DNA from: Spongiibacteraceae bacterium
Lineage (GTDB): Bacteria; Pseudomonadota; Gammaproteobacteria; Pseudomonadales; CAMLJR01
Assembly (NCBI GenBank): GCA_036502545.1
Contig: DASXYH010000234.1
Location: forward strand, 1 to 35,188
Direction of reading: 5' to 3'
DNA length: 35,188 nt
Shown in pieces: positions 34,553-35,188 of this stretch. Each line of letters opens with the position of its first letter. The first letter of the stretch is position 1. A model generated the notes under the pieces. The model worked only from the letters and a program-made list of their open reading frames with translations. It was not told where the DNA came from and did not search any database. Made by a program: the position numbers and the translations under genes.

Positions 34553-35188
34553 TCAACAACGCGCTGCGAGCAACTGCTGCTCGATTGCCAACCAATCGAC
34601 GTCGTCGTCAGCGATCATTTCGACGGCGCTATTAATAGCGCCGTCGATTTCGTTGACGGCAAGCACACCGTCATCGGCGTTGAAAATATAACCGCCGCGA
34701 TCGGTTTGCAGCACGCCTTTCATGCGCCGCACGTTCAATCCACTCATCAAACTCAACAAGCGTTGAAAATTAAAGCGCGTATCCGCGGCGAATAACCAGC
34801 CGCAACTGGAGTAATCGTCGTTACGGTGCTCGCGGCGCGCGAACGGCGTGCCGGGCAGCAATACTACCGGCAGCGGCGCCGTCGAATCAGGAAACAGCGG
34901 CCTCGATAACGGCGTATCAACCTGCGACAATTTTTGAGTCGTCGCAATGCGCGGTGCGGCATGCGCGCAATCGAACCAACTTAAATCGAAATGACCGTGC
35001 GCCACCCAACCGATATGTTTTTTCTGCAACTGCTGCGCGACAAAATTGCGAAACACCCGCTCGTCTTCTTCATTGCATAAATCGGTTTTATTCGCGACGA
35101 CGATATCGGCGACGCGTAGCTGCTCGCTAAAAATGGAATTATCGAGATAGCGCGGCTCGCGCATTTTTCGCGGATCGATCAGGCACAA
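34553..35188 (-). CDS. COG0523 (CobW/YjiA-like) metallochaperone GTPase, N-terminus cut by window edge
   Basis: G4 motif VANKTDL followed by a CobW_C-like C-terminal domain. The frame is open to the window end. Confidence 0.75.
   Translation of the reverse strand: MCLIDPRKMREPRYLDNSIFSEQLRVADIVVANKTDLCNEEDERVFRNFVAQQLQKKHIGWVAHGHFDLSWFDCAHAAPRIATTQKLSQVDTPLSRPLFPDSTAPLPVVLLPGTPFARREHRNDDYSSCGWLFAADTRFNFQRLLSLMSGLNVRRMKGVLQTDRGGYIFNADDGVLAVNEIDGAINSAVEMIADDDVDWLAIEQQLLAARC

Noticed and set aside
1-35188. Scan for CRISPR repeats, tRNA/rRNA genes, IS elements, integrases, toxin-antitoxin pairs and known defence genes
   Set aside because: I saw no periodic repeat-spacer structure, no cloverleaf-like or rRNA-like segments, and no transposase, integrase or nuclease-type ORFs. 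By eye, the window does not look like a mobile or defence island.

Overview
No tRNA, rRNA, CRISPR array, transposase, integrase or phage gene was found; this reads as a chromosomal window from a Gram-negative bacterium, probably a gammaproteobacterium (guess from gene content only). I call about 33 genes. Bases 1-24800 are an unusually dense lipid/steroid-type redox cluster. It holds six SDRs, two luciferase-like (LLM) oxidoreductases, a cytochrome P450, a KshA-like Rieske oxygenase and a KstD-like FAD dehydrogenase. It also holds an SCP2 sterol-carrier protein, an NTF2/ketosteroid-isomerase-fold protein, an acyl-CoA dehydrogenase, a periplasmic PQQ dehydrogenase, and MarR, AraC/GlxA and TetR regulators. 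Two gene families here do not belong to textbook steroid catabolism. One is four paralogues of a DapB-like / native-amine-dehydrogenase-like Rossmann enzyme. The other is two paralogues of a 4-TM protein whose motifs resemble the eukaryotic EXPERA fold (EBP sterol isomerase / TMEM97 sigma-2 receptor). One EXPERA-like gene sits between two DapB-like genes with overlapping stop/start codons (TAATG and ATGA). I consider this triad the best candidate for an undescribed system. Bases 25000-35188 are housekeeping or envelope genes: a DUF2806-like orphan, YfiR plus a CHASE8-HAMP-PAS-GGDEF-EAL protein, a 1-Cys peroxiredoxin, a YdeN-type hydrolase, a CPBP protease, MprF and a truncated COG0523 GTPase. 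All family calls rest on motif recognition by eye. No database search was run.
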